Virus record (IMG/VR): IMGVR_UViG_3300037308_000440
Coordinates: 1 to 64,000 of that record
Strand: one strand, 5' to 3'
Length of the DNA: 64,000 bases
Origin: a virus
Taxonomy: Duplodnaviria > Caudoviricetes
Below are positions 18,789 to 27,996 of this stretch, one piece after another. The notes under the pieces were generated by a model, which did not search any database, was not told where the DNA came from, and was given only the letters and a program-made list of their open reading frames with translations. The translations under genes were made by a program, and so were the position numbers. Numbering within the stretch: position 1 is the first letter of the stretch; the number at the start of each line of letters is the position of its first letter.

Positions 18789-19165
18789 AAGTAAAAAAAG
18801 GAGATCAAAAATGGAAAAGAATATATCCCCAAACACTCCAATACCAATAATAAACATGGGGTTAAAAAGAGAAGCTTTAGATTTTCTTAATGATAATGTT
18901 GAAATGATTCCCGATATTATATGCCCAGATTGTGGTGCAACTATAACTACAAAACAAAATATTGTTGAACTTAAAGCATCATGTAATGATGTTACTTTAT
19001 GTAGTTATAAATTATCTAATGAAAAAATCGCTGAAACAGTTGAACAACCATTAGATTTTGTTGGAGATGGAGCAGTAATTTTTCTTTGTTTATCAATTGA
19101 TGGAGAATTAAATTTTCAATGGACTAGTCAAGAAATAAATGAAGTAATTTCAAACAGGTAAAAAA

Positions 19166-19678
19166 ATGGAAGAAGAAAAAGAACCTTGGTTAGTCGAAGC
19201 AATTGTTAAATTTTGGAATCAGAATGTAAAGTTTGTAGAAAATCTAGTTTGGAATATTGAAACAGGTATAAAAAACTATTATAAGTGGAGAAAAATTATT
19301 TGGCTTGATCACCAATGGGATTATTCTTACTTGTTAAATATGTTGAAATTTAAGTTGGAATTGATGGAAAAATATTTTAGATTAAATGGTGTTTCAGTAG
19401 ACGGGCCAGAAGATTCAAAAAAGATTAAAAGATGTGTTGAACTTCTTGATAGACTAATAAAAGATAACTATCATAATATTGCTTATGAGTTATATAATAA
19501 AAAATATAGAGAAGATGTTGAAGATTTTCTGAACTCCAGAAAGTTCAATACTCCAATGACTCCAGAACAAAAAATAGATTTTAATAACGCAGCACAAACT
19601 GAGGAAGATCTTATTAAAAGTGATTACGAAGAACTTTTTTCAATAATGAATAAGGAAATAAGAAGATGGTGGGACTAA
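19166..19678 (+). CDS. Phage hypothetical protein
   Basis: WDYSYLLNMLKFKL segment; helical; ends RRWWD. Confidence 0.7.
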   Translation: MEEEKEPWLVEAIVKFWNQNVKFVENLVWNIETGIKNYYKWRKIIWLDHQWDYSYLLNMLKFKLELMEKYFRLNGVSVDGPEDSKKIKRCVELLDRLIKDNYHNIAYELYNKKYREDVEDFLNSRKFNTPMTPEQKIDFNNAAQTEEDLIKSDYEELFSIMNKEIRRWWD

Positions 19679-20064
19679 AAAATCCTTGTAATAAATGCTT
19701 AGTTCAGGCTAGTTGTTCTGAATCATGTAGTGATTATAAAAAATTTGATAGAGTTTTCAACTTATTTTTCAAAACAGAAAATTTCTGTATGATTGTTTGT
19801 CTTTTAACTATAATACCAGGATTATCATATTTGTCTTTAGCTACATATGATAAGAGTATTGCTGGAATGATATGTGCAATTTATTTAATAACTGGTTTTA
19901 TTATAGCAATTTTAAGCCTTAAAGTTGCAAAAGAAAGAAGCGAAGATCATTTATTCAATATTGGAACATTTATTTTTATTTGTATAATAGCAATACCTGC
20001 TGTATTAGGAGTAATAATTTCAAGTTCCATTCAAAAATACAACAAATGTGCTGCATATAAATGA
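19666..20064 (+). CDS. Cys-rich ORFan family member with TM helices
   Basis: NPCNKCLVQASCSESC plus three TM segments. Confidence 0.7.
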   Translation: MVGLKNPCNKCLVQASCSESCSDYKKFDRVFNLFFKTENFCMIVCLLTIIPGLSYLSLATYDKSIAGMICAIYLITGFIIAILSLKVAKERSEDHLFNIGTFIFICIIAIPAVLGVIISSSIQKYNKCAAYK

Positions 20065-20600
20065 AAACTACTCTTGGTGAATTTGAAGTTGGAGATTTGA
20101 TAAAAGTAAAAAAAGATGGAGAATTATTTAGTTCAGATATGACTCCATCTGTAATTTTATATAATACTAAATATGCACATAATTTAGGAAGTGTAGTTAG
20201 GGCATGTTCATGCTTTGGTGGAAAAGCTGTTATATTTACTGGTAATAGAATTATATTAGAAAATGATAAAGGAAAATATAGATTGCCACGTGAAGAAAGG
20301 ATGAAAGATTATAAGGATATTTTAATTTTCAATGATGAATATCCATTAAATAGATTTTCTAAAGATGTAACGCCTGTTGCTGTTGAGGTTAGAGACAACT
20401 CTGAAAATCTAGTTAATTTTGTACATCCTGAAAAAGCTGTATATGTATTTGGTCCTGAAGATGGTGGAGTTCCACAAACATTTTTGAGGCATTGTCATAG
20501 ATTTGTTAAAATACCAAGCAGACATTGTACAAATTTAGCTGCTGCAGTTTATTTAGTTTTATATGATAGATTATCTAAAGCGGGAGTAACTCAGTGGTAG
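20061..20600 (+). CDS. SpoU/TrmH-family RNA methyltransferase
   Basis: HNLGSVVRACSCFG, YVFGPEDGG, VKIP..CTNLAAAVYLVLYD. Confidence 0.9.
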   Translation: MKTTLGEFEVGDLIKVKKDGELFSSDMTPSVILYNTKYAHNLGSVVRACSCFGGKAVIFTGNRIILENDKGKYRLPREERMKDYKDILIFNDEYPLNRFSKDVTPVAVEVRDNSENLVNFVHPEKAVYVFGPEDGGVPQTFLRHCHRFVKIPSRHCTNLAAAVYLVLYDRLSKAGVTQW

Positions 20601-20654
20601 AGTGCTAGCTTGCCAAGCTAGTTGTCGCGGGTTCGACCCCCGTCTCCCGCTCCA
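20580..20654 (+). tRNA. tRNA-Gly(GCC)
   Basis: CTAGC-TT GCC AA-GCTAG; GCGGGAG/CTCCCGC-T-CCA. Confidence 0.95.
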
Positions 20655-20671
20655 TATTAGGAGAAATACTT

Positions 20672-20971
20672 ATGCCTTCATTAACAGATGAAAAACCTCA
20701 TGAAAATGGTAATGGAAATGGAGCTAAATTATTAGAAGCAAAAGCTGAAGCTGAAATTGAAAGATATAAATGGCGTAGCAGAAGAAGAATGGCAGGGATT
20801 GCTTTATTAGCAATGATCTTGTTAATGGCTGCACTTCTATTTGCTCCAATTTCAGAATCTAGAATTAAGCTTTTAGAAGAACCTGTAACATGGTTTTTCT
20901 TTTCAATGGCCTCAGTAATTGGGGCGTATATGGGGTTTACTACTTGGGCCTCAAAAAAGAAAGGCGAATAA
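20672..20971 (+). CDS. Small two-TM membrane protein (holin-like possible)
   Basis: SRRRMAGIALLAM.. and WFFFSMASVIGAYMG; basic C-terminus. Confidence 0.55.
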   Translation: MPSLTDEKPHENGNGNGAKLLEAKAEAEIERYKWRSRRRMAGIALLAMILLMAALLFAPISESRIKLLEEPVTWFFFSMASVIGAYMGFTTWASKKKGE

Positions 20972-20973
20972 AT

Positions 20974-21228
20974 TTGAGTGAATTAGAGAAAGGTCAAAAA
21001 ATATTTATTCCTTATGAATGCCCTCTAACAGATGTTAAATATGGTTTACGCAAAAAACCTGAAAAAATGAAATATTTAGGAACTATACAAAAGATATCTA
21101 GAATAGAAGGAGAAAAAATAGTAGTTGGTGCTGGATGGTTTTTTCATAAAGATGATCTATTAGTAGAATTAAAAGAACCTTCGAAACCTGAAATCTGTTT
21201 ATTTAATCCAGAAAATTTAATGGTGTAA
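20974..21228 (+). CDS. Small ORFan with C-terminal FNPENLMV
   Basis: TTG start after previous stop; GWFFHKDDL..LFNPENLMV. Confidence 0.7.
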   Translation: MSELEKGQKIFIPYECPLTDVKYGLRKKPEKMKYLGTIQKISRIEGEKIVVGAGWFFHKDDLLVELKEPSKPEICLFNPENLMV

Positions 21229-21229
21229 G

Positions 21230-21496
21230 ATGGAACATAATTTTGAACCTGGTCAAACAATAAATATTCCACTATTATGTGAACACACTAGAACATTCTA
21301 TGGTCCATTTAAAGTAGCAAAGAAAAAATTATTAGGAAACCCTGCATATCTCAGAGAAGTTAGAGGGGATAAACTTATAGTTAGTGCTTCAGAAGGACAC
21401 ATAGAAAGATGGTTTTTTCATATTAAAGATTTTACTCAATCAGACCCAATTAATATTCCAATACAAACTTTTGACCCAGAAAACTTAATGGTGTAA
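21230..21496 (+). CDS. Small ORFan with C-terminal FDPENLMV
   Basis: WFFHIKDF..TFDPENLMV; tandem paralogue of the upstream gene. Confidence 0.75.
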   Translation: MEHNFEPGQTINIPLLCEHTRTFYGPFKVAKKKLLGNPAYLREVRGDKLIVSASEGHIERWFFHIKDFTQSDPINIPIQTFDPENLMV

Positions 21497-21498
21497 AA

Positions 21499-22860
21499 AT
21501 GACCTTTGAAGAAGTAAGTGATCAAATTATAAGCAGGATATGCGAATGTGGATGGAAGGCATATCTATGTGGGGGAGCAGTTCGGGATAATTTCCTGGAT
21601 ACTGACCCCAAAGATTATGATATTGTTACTGATGCAACTCCAGATATTCTTGAAAAGATCTTTCCTGATAGAAAGGTTAAGACAGTAGGGGCAAACTTTC
21701 TTGTAACCCTTATTGATAATATTGAGGTTTCTACTTATAGATCCGATAAGAATTATTCTCCTGGAAGACAGAATTGCATTACATCTGTCTGCGAAACACT
21801 TGATGAAGATCTAGCTCGTAGAGATTTTACATTCAATGCAATGGCAGTATGCCCATATGCAGGAGAAATTATTGATCCTTTTAATGGGAGAATAGATTTA
21901 GATCATCGTTTAGTTAGATTTGTTGGAGACCCAAATGAAAGGATTAAGGAAGACTATTTGCGAATGATCAGAGCAGCTCGGTTTGCCTGTTTAATCGAAG
22001 GCAGACTCGATAAGGACGCATTTAGCGCAATAAGTGACCACAAATATCTTGTTAAAAAGATCTCACCTGAAAGAATACGAATTGAGCTTCTGAAGGTTAT
22101 GACTTATAGAAAACCAAGTATTTTCTTCGATGCATTATATAACACAGGACTCTTAAAGATTTTGTTTCCTGAGCTTGAAGATATGTATGGGCATACTGGT
22201 GGACAATATCATGCAGAAACTTTGGATGAGCATTTCAAATTAACCGGAGATGCATTATCACCAAAGGATCCAATTTTAAGATTGATTGGATATTTTCATG
22301 ATATTGGAAAACCACTTGCATGGGCTTCTGGAAATAATGACTTTGTTAACCACGAAGTTATTGGTTCTATAATGATCAAGAATATCTTTATTAAGTATAA
22401 GTTCACAAATAAAGAGATTGAACGTGCAGAAAATCTTGTTAAAATACATATGAGATCTCTTGATTCTTTATCAACTGGAAAAGCAATTCGTAGATTGCTT
22501 AAAGTTTTTGAAGAACATGATGTAAATTGGAAAGATTGGTTGAAATTAAAAATAGCTGATAAAAGAGCAAATCTAGCAAAAGAACAATATCAAAGAGAAC
22601 ATATCAAAAAGATTTGCTTGAAGATTCATAATGCAAAGAAGTCTCCTGTAAGAGCTTTCTCTGTTAAAGATTTAAAAATTTCAGGTTATGATGTTATGGA
22701 AACTTTGAATATCAAACCTGGAAATTTAGTTGGTGCTATTCTTAAAATATTATTCGATAGAGTTCTCGATGAACCTGAACTAAATGATCGTGATAGACTA
22801 ATAGATATTTTAAGGAGTGAAGAGTGGGTGAAACAGGCAGTAGAAATAAGGAACGCATAA
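21499..22860 (+). CDS. cca: CCA-adding enzyme (class II nucleotidyltransferase) with HD domain
   Basis: GGAVRD..KDYDIVT, DLARRDFTFNAMA, EDYLRMIRAARF, FHDIGKP; poly(A) polymerase not strictly excluded. Confidence 0.85.
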   Translation: MTFEEVSDQIISRICECGWKAYLCGGAVRDNFLDTDPKDYDIVTDATPDILEKIFPDRKVKTVGANFLVTLIDNIEVSTYRSDKNYSPGRQNCITSVCETLDEDLARRDFTFNAMAVCPYAGEIIDPFNGRIDLDHRLVRFVGDPNERIKEDYLRMIRAARFACLIEGRLDKDAFSAISDHKYLVKKISPERIRIELLKVMTYRKPSIFFDALYNTGLLKILFPELEDMYGHTGGQYHAETLDEHFKLTGDALSPKDPILRLIGYFHDIGKPLAWASGNNDFVNHEVIGSIMIKNIFIKYKFTNKEIERAENLVKIHMRSLDSLSTGKAIRRLLKVFEEHDVNWKDWLKLKIADKRANLAKEQYQREHIKKICLKIHNAKKSPVRAFSVKDLKISGYDVMETLNIKPGNLVGAILKILFDRVLDEPELNDRDRLIDILRSEEWVKQAVEIRNA

Positions 22861-23243
22861 GCTATCTTCATTTCGATGTCTACATGGATAAATTAGTCGA
22901 AATGATTAAGAATAGTGAAAGGTTTCCTAATCTAAAATGTATTTATGGAATTCCTAGAGGTGGTTGGCCAATTGCAGTTCATTTAGCTCACCATTTAGAA
23001 CTAGAACTAATTGAATCTTGTTCTTTAGATTCATTATTTAGAAAAATACCTTCTGAATTATTGATTGTAGATGATATTGCAGATACAGGAAAAACTTTAA
23101 AAAAATATGACTGGTTTGCTTCTGCCACTTTATACTATAAACGAAGATCAGTAATCAAACCAACTTTTTATGTAAAAGAAACAGAAAACTGGATTGTATT
23201 TCCTTGGGAAAGATTAGATGAAGTTCCAAATAGACCAGAATAG
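22824..23243 (+). CDS. Purine phosphoribosyltransferase-like protein
   Basis: YGIPRGG, PRPP motif LIVDDIADTGKT, WIVFPWE. Confidence 0.85.
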   Translation: MGETGSRNKERISYLHFDVYMDKLVEMIKNSERFPNLKCIYGIPRGGWPIAVHLAHHLELELIESCSLDSLFRKIPSELLIVDDIADTGKTLKKYDWFASATLYYKRRSVIKPTFYVKETENWIVFPWERLDEVPNRPE

Positions 23244-23251
23244 GTGAAGTC

Positions 23252-24142
23252 ATGGGTTCAATAGTAGATTATTTGATGAAACGGCAATTAGTAACTCCTC
23301 CACCTCATATAAAGAATTCTGTTCAATATGAAGTGATGATGGGGTCAGTTGCATATGCTGATACTTCAGATATGGATGTCTACGGTTTTAGCATCCCTCC
23401 AAAAGAAATAGTTTTTCCTCATCTTGCAGGAGAAATTCAGGGATTTGGGAGACAACATAAAAGATTTGATCAATGGCAGCAACATCATATTAAAGATCCT
23501 TCAAATGATCAAAAATATGACCTTACAATTTATAACATTGTGAAATATTTTCAGTTATGTATGGAAAACAACCCAAACATGATTGACTCATTATTTGTGC
23601 CTAGACGCTGTGTTCTACACTCCACTCAGATTGGTGAGCATGTGAGGGAGCACAGAAAAGAATTCTTACATAAAGGGTCTTGGCACAAATTCAAAGGATA
23701 TGCATATAGTCAAGTCCATAAGATGACAACCAAAGATCCTGACCAAAATTCAACTAGAGTCTGGATGTATGAAAAATATGGGTATGACGTTAAGTTTGCA
23801 TATCATGTGGTTCGTCTTCTAAATGAAGTAGAACAAATATTAACTGAGCACGATATTGATCTAGAAAGAAATCGTGAGCAGTTAAAGTCAATCAGACGTG
23901 GGGAATGGAAAGAAGAACAAATAGTAAAATATTTTGAAGATAAAGAAAAAGACCTAGAAACATTATATGTAAATAGTAAATTAAAACATTCTCCAGATGA
24001 ACATAAGATTAAAACAATTCTTATACAATGTCTGGAAATGTATTATGGTTCAATTGACGGAGCAATTAAAATGTCTGTTCCAATTGAAAATATTATTGAT
24101 GAAGTAATTGCTAAACTAGAGTTAATGAAAAAACAGCTATAA
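23252..24142 (+). CDS. DNA pol-beta superfamily nucleotidyltransferase (RlaP-like)
   Basis: GSVAY..DMDVYG, NNPNMIDSLF, YDVKFAYHVVRLL. Confidence 0.8.
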   Translation: MGSIVDYLMKRQLVTPPPHIKNSVQYEVMMGSVAYADTSDMDVYGFSIPPKEIVFPHLAGEIQGFGRQHKRFDQWQQHHIKDPSNDQKYDLTIYNIVKYFQLCMENNPNMIDSLFVPRRCVLHSTQIGEHVREHRKEFLHKGSWHKFKGYAYSQVHKMTTKDPDQNSTRVWMYEKYGYDVKFAYHVVRLLNEVEQILTEHDIDLERNREQLKSIRRGEWKEEQIVKYFEDKEKDLETLYVNSKLKHSPDEHKIKTILIQCLEMYYGSIDGAIKMSVPIENIIDEVIAKLELMKKQL

Positions 24143-24145
24143 CGT

Positions 24146-24221
24146 GGAACTGTAGCTCAGCAGGTAGAGCGCCGGTCTGAAGAGCCGGGCGTCAGAGGTT
24201 CAATTCCTCTCGGTTCCACCA
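24146..24221 (+). tRNA. tRNA-Phe(GAA), G37
   Basis: CCGGT-CT GAA GA-GCCGG; CCA. Confidence 0.9.
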
Positions 24222-24614
24222 TTTTAAAAAATGAAAAGAAGAAAACTAACAAGAGAAAAACCAAACAGAATGATACCACATGAAGAAAAGACAAAAATAT
24301 GGACCAGATTTTTAGAATTTATTGATAGTATTGAAGTAGGAAAAAAATTTGCTAGAAAAAATCTACTATATAGTATTTATGGTATAAATGAAAAAGCTTT
24401 TGTATTCAAACAAAAAAGTGTAACTACTGTAGACAATTATAGAGCTATATTAACAAAATGTGGTATTCTTGAAGTAACAGAAAATTCAAGAGGTGTTTAT
24501 AAAAAAGTTATGAATGTTCCAAAAAACTTATCTTATTCAGTTGCAGTTAAAATGGCTTATGATTCTTCTTGGAAACAATGGTTCATGACTTTTGAGGACA
24601 AAGTGAAACATTAT

Positions 24615-24692
24615 GGTGGACGTGGTGAAGAGGCTTAACACGCTGGATTGTGGCTCCAGTATTCGCGGGTTCGAATCCCGTCGTTCACCCCA
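24615..24692 (+). tRNA. tRNA-His(GTG)
   Basis: G-1:C73; CTGGA-TT GTG GC-TCCAG; CCA. Confidence 0.95.
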
Positions 24693-25187
24693 CTAATGGT
24701 GTAGAAATGCAAAACTGGTGGGTGACTGTAAATCATATTAATTCTAATATGAGAATAGGCGAAACCAAATCTATTGGTGCTATATTGATATGGTATCCCA
24801 GAAAAAAAAGAGAAGCAATTAGAAAAGCATTACTTCTATTAGCAAAAGCTAAATTTTTAAAACTTAAAAGTTATCCATATGGTTCATGCGAGGTTGAAAA
24901 ACTTAGAAATATTCCACCACAACTTAAATGGAAAGAAGCAAAACAAATTGCCAGAAATCCTTGGATGTTATGGTTTAAATTTCCAGAGGATACATTAAAG
25001 GAGCAAACAAATGAAAAAAGTTAAAATTTTGTTATGTCTTTTAATCATATTACCATTTATTATGTCAGCAAGTCCTCCACCAAAAAAATATCCTGCACAA
25101 ACAGGGGTTTATAAAGTTGAAAAACATAAATCATCATCTGCTCATGGGCATAGAGGATGCTTTATAGACTCATCACAAGGAGATTAA

Positions 25188-25382
25188 ATGCCAATATACG
25201 AGTTTCAGTGTGAAATGTGTGGTAAAAAATTTGAAAGGATTAGTAAAGATAAAACCTTACAAGCTATACATTGTCCTGAATGTGAAAAAGATGGAAAAGA
25301 TAATTTAGCATTTAAGATAATATCAAGAACAAATTTCAAGGTGAATGGATTTAATGCAGACAACGGATACTCAAAAAGTTAG
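25188..25382 (+). CDS. FmdB-family zinc-ribbon protein
   Basis: MPIYEFQCEMCG..CPEC..GFNADNGYS. Confidence 0.85.
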   Translation: MPIYEFQCEMCGKKFERISKDKTLQAIHCPECEKDGKDNLAFKIISRTNFKVNGFNADNGYSKS

Positions 25383-25392
25383 GAAAAATGAT

Positions 25393-26127
25393 ATGGCTGA
25401 AGATAATGGCCACGAGGATAAAAACATTTTAAAACAGTTATTAGATCCATCATATCCCTTAGCTCAAAGGTTTAAAGAAGTGTGCCCTGGCACATATAAA
25501 CACTCTCAAAGTCTAGTAACGATGATTGAGGGTGTTAGTTTAGCTCTTAACCTTGATGTTGACTTCATGAAAGTTGCAGCTTTATATCATGATGTTGGTA
25601 AGATGTTTAATCCAACATATTTTACAGAAAATCAGCTAGATGATGAAAATCCTCATGATAAGTTGGACCCAAAAATAAGTTATCAAATTATAACAAGACA
25701 CGTTTCAGATACATCTTTAATATTATTGAATGATCCATTATTTCCAAGAGAAATTATTGAAATTGCTACACAACATCATGGAACAACAATAACAAAATAT
25801 TTCTTTGATAAAGCTGGTTCAAAAAATGAAGATTCTTTCCGATATAGGGGAAGCAAACCAAAAACAGTTGAAGCAATGATCTTATTAATATGTGATCATT
25901 TAGAAGCAAGAACAAGATCTGACGTTCAAGCTGGAAAGAAAATATCACCTAGTGATTTAATTGAGGAAATTATCAAGCATCAATTAAGCGATGGACAGCT
26001 TGATGATGTAGTTATGCGCTTAGGTGATCTTCAAAAGATTAAGACGGCACTCTCAAGAGAATTAGAGGGAATCTATCAAAAGCGTGTTGATTATTCCAAA
26101 GCAAAAGAAGAACAAAATACAAAATAG
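25393..26127 (+). CDS. Stand-alone HD (HDIG) phosphohydrolase, PgpH-like catalytic domain
   Basis: PGTYKHS, ALYHDVGK..YFTENQ..NPHD, HHGTT, FRY.G.KP, CDHLEA..RS. Confidence 0.85.
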   Translation: MAEDNGHEDKNILKQLLDPSYPLAQRFKEVCPGTYKHSQSLVTMIEGVSLALNLDVDFMKVAALYHDVGKMFNPTYFTENQLDDENPHDKLDPKISYQIITRHVSDTSLILLNDPLFPREIIEIATQHHGTTITKYFFDKAGSKNEDSFRYRGSKPKTVEAMILLICDHLEARTRSDVQAGKKISPSDLIEEIIKHQLSDGQLDDVVMRLGDLQKIKTALSRELEGIYQKRVDYSKAKEEQNTK

Positions 26128-26140
26128 GGCTTCGAGCCCC

Positions 26141-26211
26141 AGTGTCGAAACGGAATCTTGGAGCAAGCTCATACTTGAGCACAAAATGCTTTTCAATCCC
26201 GTTTCGACACT
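26141..26211 (+). ncRNA. Putative structured RNA element (3-way junction)
   Basis: Perfect 13-bp closing stem AGTGTCGAAACGG/CCGTTTCGACACT enclosing two small hairpins; GC-rich. Confidence 0.45.
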
Positions 26212-26225
26212 TTCACCGTGAAAAA

Positions 26226-26396
26226 ATGACTCCATTTAGTGATCCCTGTAAAAAATGTTTAGTAAAACCATGCTGTAGATATTGGTGCATTCCAAAACAA
26301 AAATATGATAATAGTAAACCTGATTTAGGATTAGCAATAACATTAATAATTCCTACTGTATTTCTAATAACTATATTAATAGGAAAAAATATTTAA
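26226..26396 (+). CDS. Cys-rich ORFan family member with C-terminal TM
   Basis: DPCKKCLVKPCCRYWC. Confidence 0.7.
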   Translation: MTPFSDPCKKCLVKPCCRYWCIPKQKYDNSKPDLGLAITLIIPTVFLITILIGKNI

Positions 26397-26397
26397 C

Positions 26398-26471
26398 GGC
26401 GGCATACCCAAGAGGCTAGGGAGCGGTCTGCAAAATCGCCAACGTGGGTTCGAATCCCTCTGCCGCCTCCA
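26398..26471 (+). tRNA. tRNA-Cys(GCA)
   Basis: GCGGT-CT GCA AA-ATCGC; U73; CCA. Confidence 0.95.
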
Positions 26472-26704
26472 ATTTTAGATTAAGGGAGGGAAATTGCTTG
26501 TCAATCTGTGTCGATCAGATCATCTGAGTTCGCACTGCAATGGAAAAATGGCAAGCGAAAGAAAGAAATGTCATTGGTTTGAAGCTAAATCCAAAAACCC
26601 AGATGAATGTATGCATTATAGAAATGATATTAATGGAATGTGTGATTGTTTAGAAGCTCAAACTAAAGAGTTACCAAATGAAGATGAAAACCTTTTTAAC
26701 TAAT

Positions 26705-26779
26705 AGGGTCGTAACTCAGTGGTAGAGTAACTGACTTTTAATCAGTAAGTCGAGGGTTCGAACCCCTCCGGCCCTACCA
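26705..26779 (+). tRNA. tRNA-Lys(TTT)
   Basis: ACTGA-CT TTT AA-TCAGT; CCA. Confidence 0.95.
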
Positions 26780-26971
26780 TCTTTTAAGGAAACTAATCTA
26801 TGAAAAAAGAACATAATACAAACTTTAATGGGATGAGTATTATATTAGCTACATTAGGACAGGTTGATGAATTAGGAATTCCTGTTCCATTATTTCCTGA
26901 ACCACCTCATGTGAAAGCAAGTGATATTTGGCCAGACTATATGATAGATTGGATAAGAAAAGAAGAGGAAA

Positions 26972-27739
26972 ATGGAAGAAATAAAAATAGACAGAACTCC
27001 AAAATTAGGTGATCATATAAAAGTTATTAATCCGGGATGTTTATATGCATCATATAAAGACGCTGCATATACCATGGGATTGAAAAATTGGAAAGAAGGC
27101 TATTCCATGGTAAAGACAGATCAACTATATTTAATAATAAATGACTACATACATTCTGGTGAACATCGTCGGATTCTTGGAATCACTGACGGTATTCGGG
27201 ATTTTATAATCAGAGAGGATGGTGTAGAAGTTGTAGATGACGAAAGTAGATCTATTTTTGTTAAAACAGATATGAAAAAATCTATTCAGAAACCAGTTAT
27301 TATTTTTGATGTAGAAAATCTAGATCTCGTTGAGATCAATCCAGACGAAAGTGAGAACAGTAGTATGACAGAAAATTTGCAGGAAATGGTTGAAGGAACA
27401 GAAGGGCAACAGGTCGCAGAGGGTGACCAACAACAAGCTGTGGAACAAGTCGCAGCTGAAGCAAATCAGCTTGTCGCCGATGCAATTCAAGCTGAAACTA
27501 TTGCTTTCTGTGAGTCATTAAGCAGCGATGTTAAAGCTGTGACTCACGGAAACAACACTTCTATTAAGTTCAAGAACAAAAATTTTGTTTATTTAACCAG
27601 AAACAAGAAGAAGAATCCTCCTCTCAAAGTGCAGGTCAAACAAGGAAAAGAATGGCCGGTTATCACTTTGGATGCTCAAGCTGGTTTTGATGGTTTGAAG
27701 CAGATTATTCAGGATTCATTCAACTCTATTCAATCTTGA
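26972..27739 (+). CDS. Two-part hypothetical protein (FDVENL-family N-half, unrelated C-half)
   Basis: KLGDHIKV..IIFDVENL then Q/E/A-rich linker and beta-rich C-domain. Confidence 0.6.
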   Translation: MEEIKIDRTPKLGDHIKVINPGCLYASYKDAAYTMGLKNWKEGYSMVKTDQLYLIINDYIHSGEHRRILGITDGIRDFIIREDGVEVVDDESRSIFVKTDMKKSIQKPVIIFDVENLDLVEINPDESENSSMTENLQEMVEGTEGQQVAEGDQQQAVEQVAAEANQLVADAIQAETIAFCESLSSDVKAVTHGNNTSIKFKNKNFVYLTRNKKKNPPLKVQVKQGKEWPVITLDAQAGFDGLKQIIQDSFNSIQS

Positions 27740-27751
27740 GAGAGGTTATTA

Positions 27752-27961
27752 ATGTTTAAAGAAATACAAAAATTGATATTGGAGAAATATAATAAAAAAG
27801 TAACAAAAAGAACTAAACTCAAAGAACTTGAAATTGATTCATTGGATTCCATGGAACTTCTTATGGAAATGGAAACAGTTCTAGATATTAACATTCCTGA
27901 AAATGTATTAAGACAAGATATTACATTTGGTGAAATATTGAATCTCAGAAAGCCAAACTAA
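27752..27961 (+). CDS. Acyl carrier protein-like
   Basis: LEIDSLDSMELLMEME with phosphopantetheine-site DSL. Confidence 0.8.
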   Translation: MFKEIQKLILEKYNKKVTKRTKLKELEIDSLDSMELLMEMETVLDINIPENVLRQDITFGEILNLRKPN

Positions 27962-27996
27962 ATTCTAACTCTAAATCGTGAAAGGAAATACTGTAC

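Noticed and set aside
14292-26396. N-terminal extensions of ORFs 14292, 18736, 24650, 26142 running through tRNA/RNA elements
   Set aside because: Downstream ATGs with RBS give better starts; extensions merely translate RNA genes
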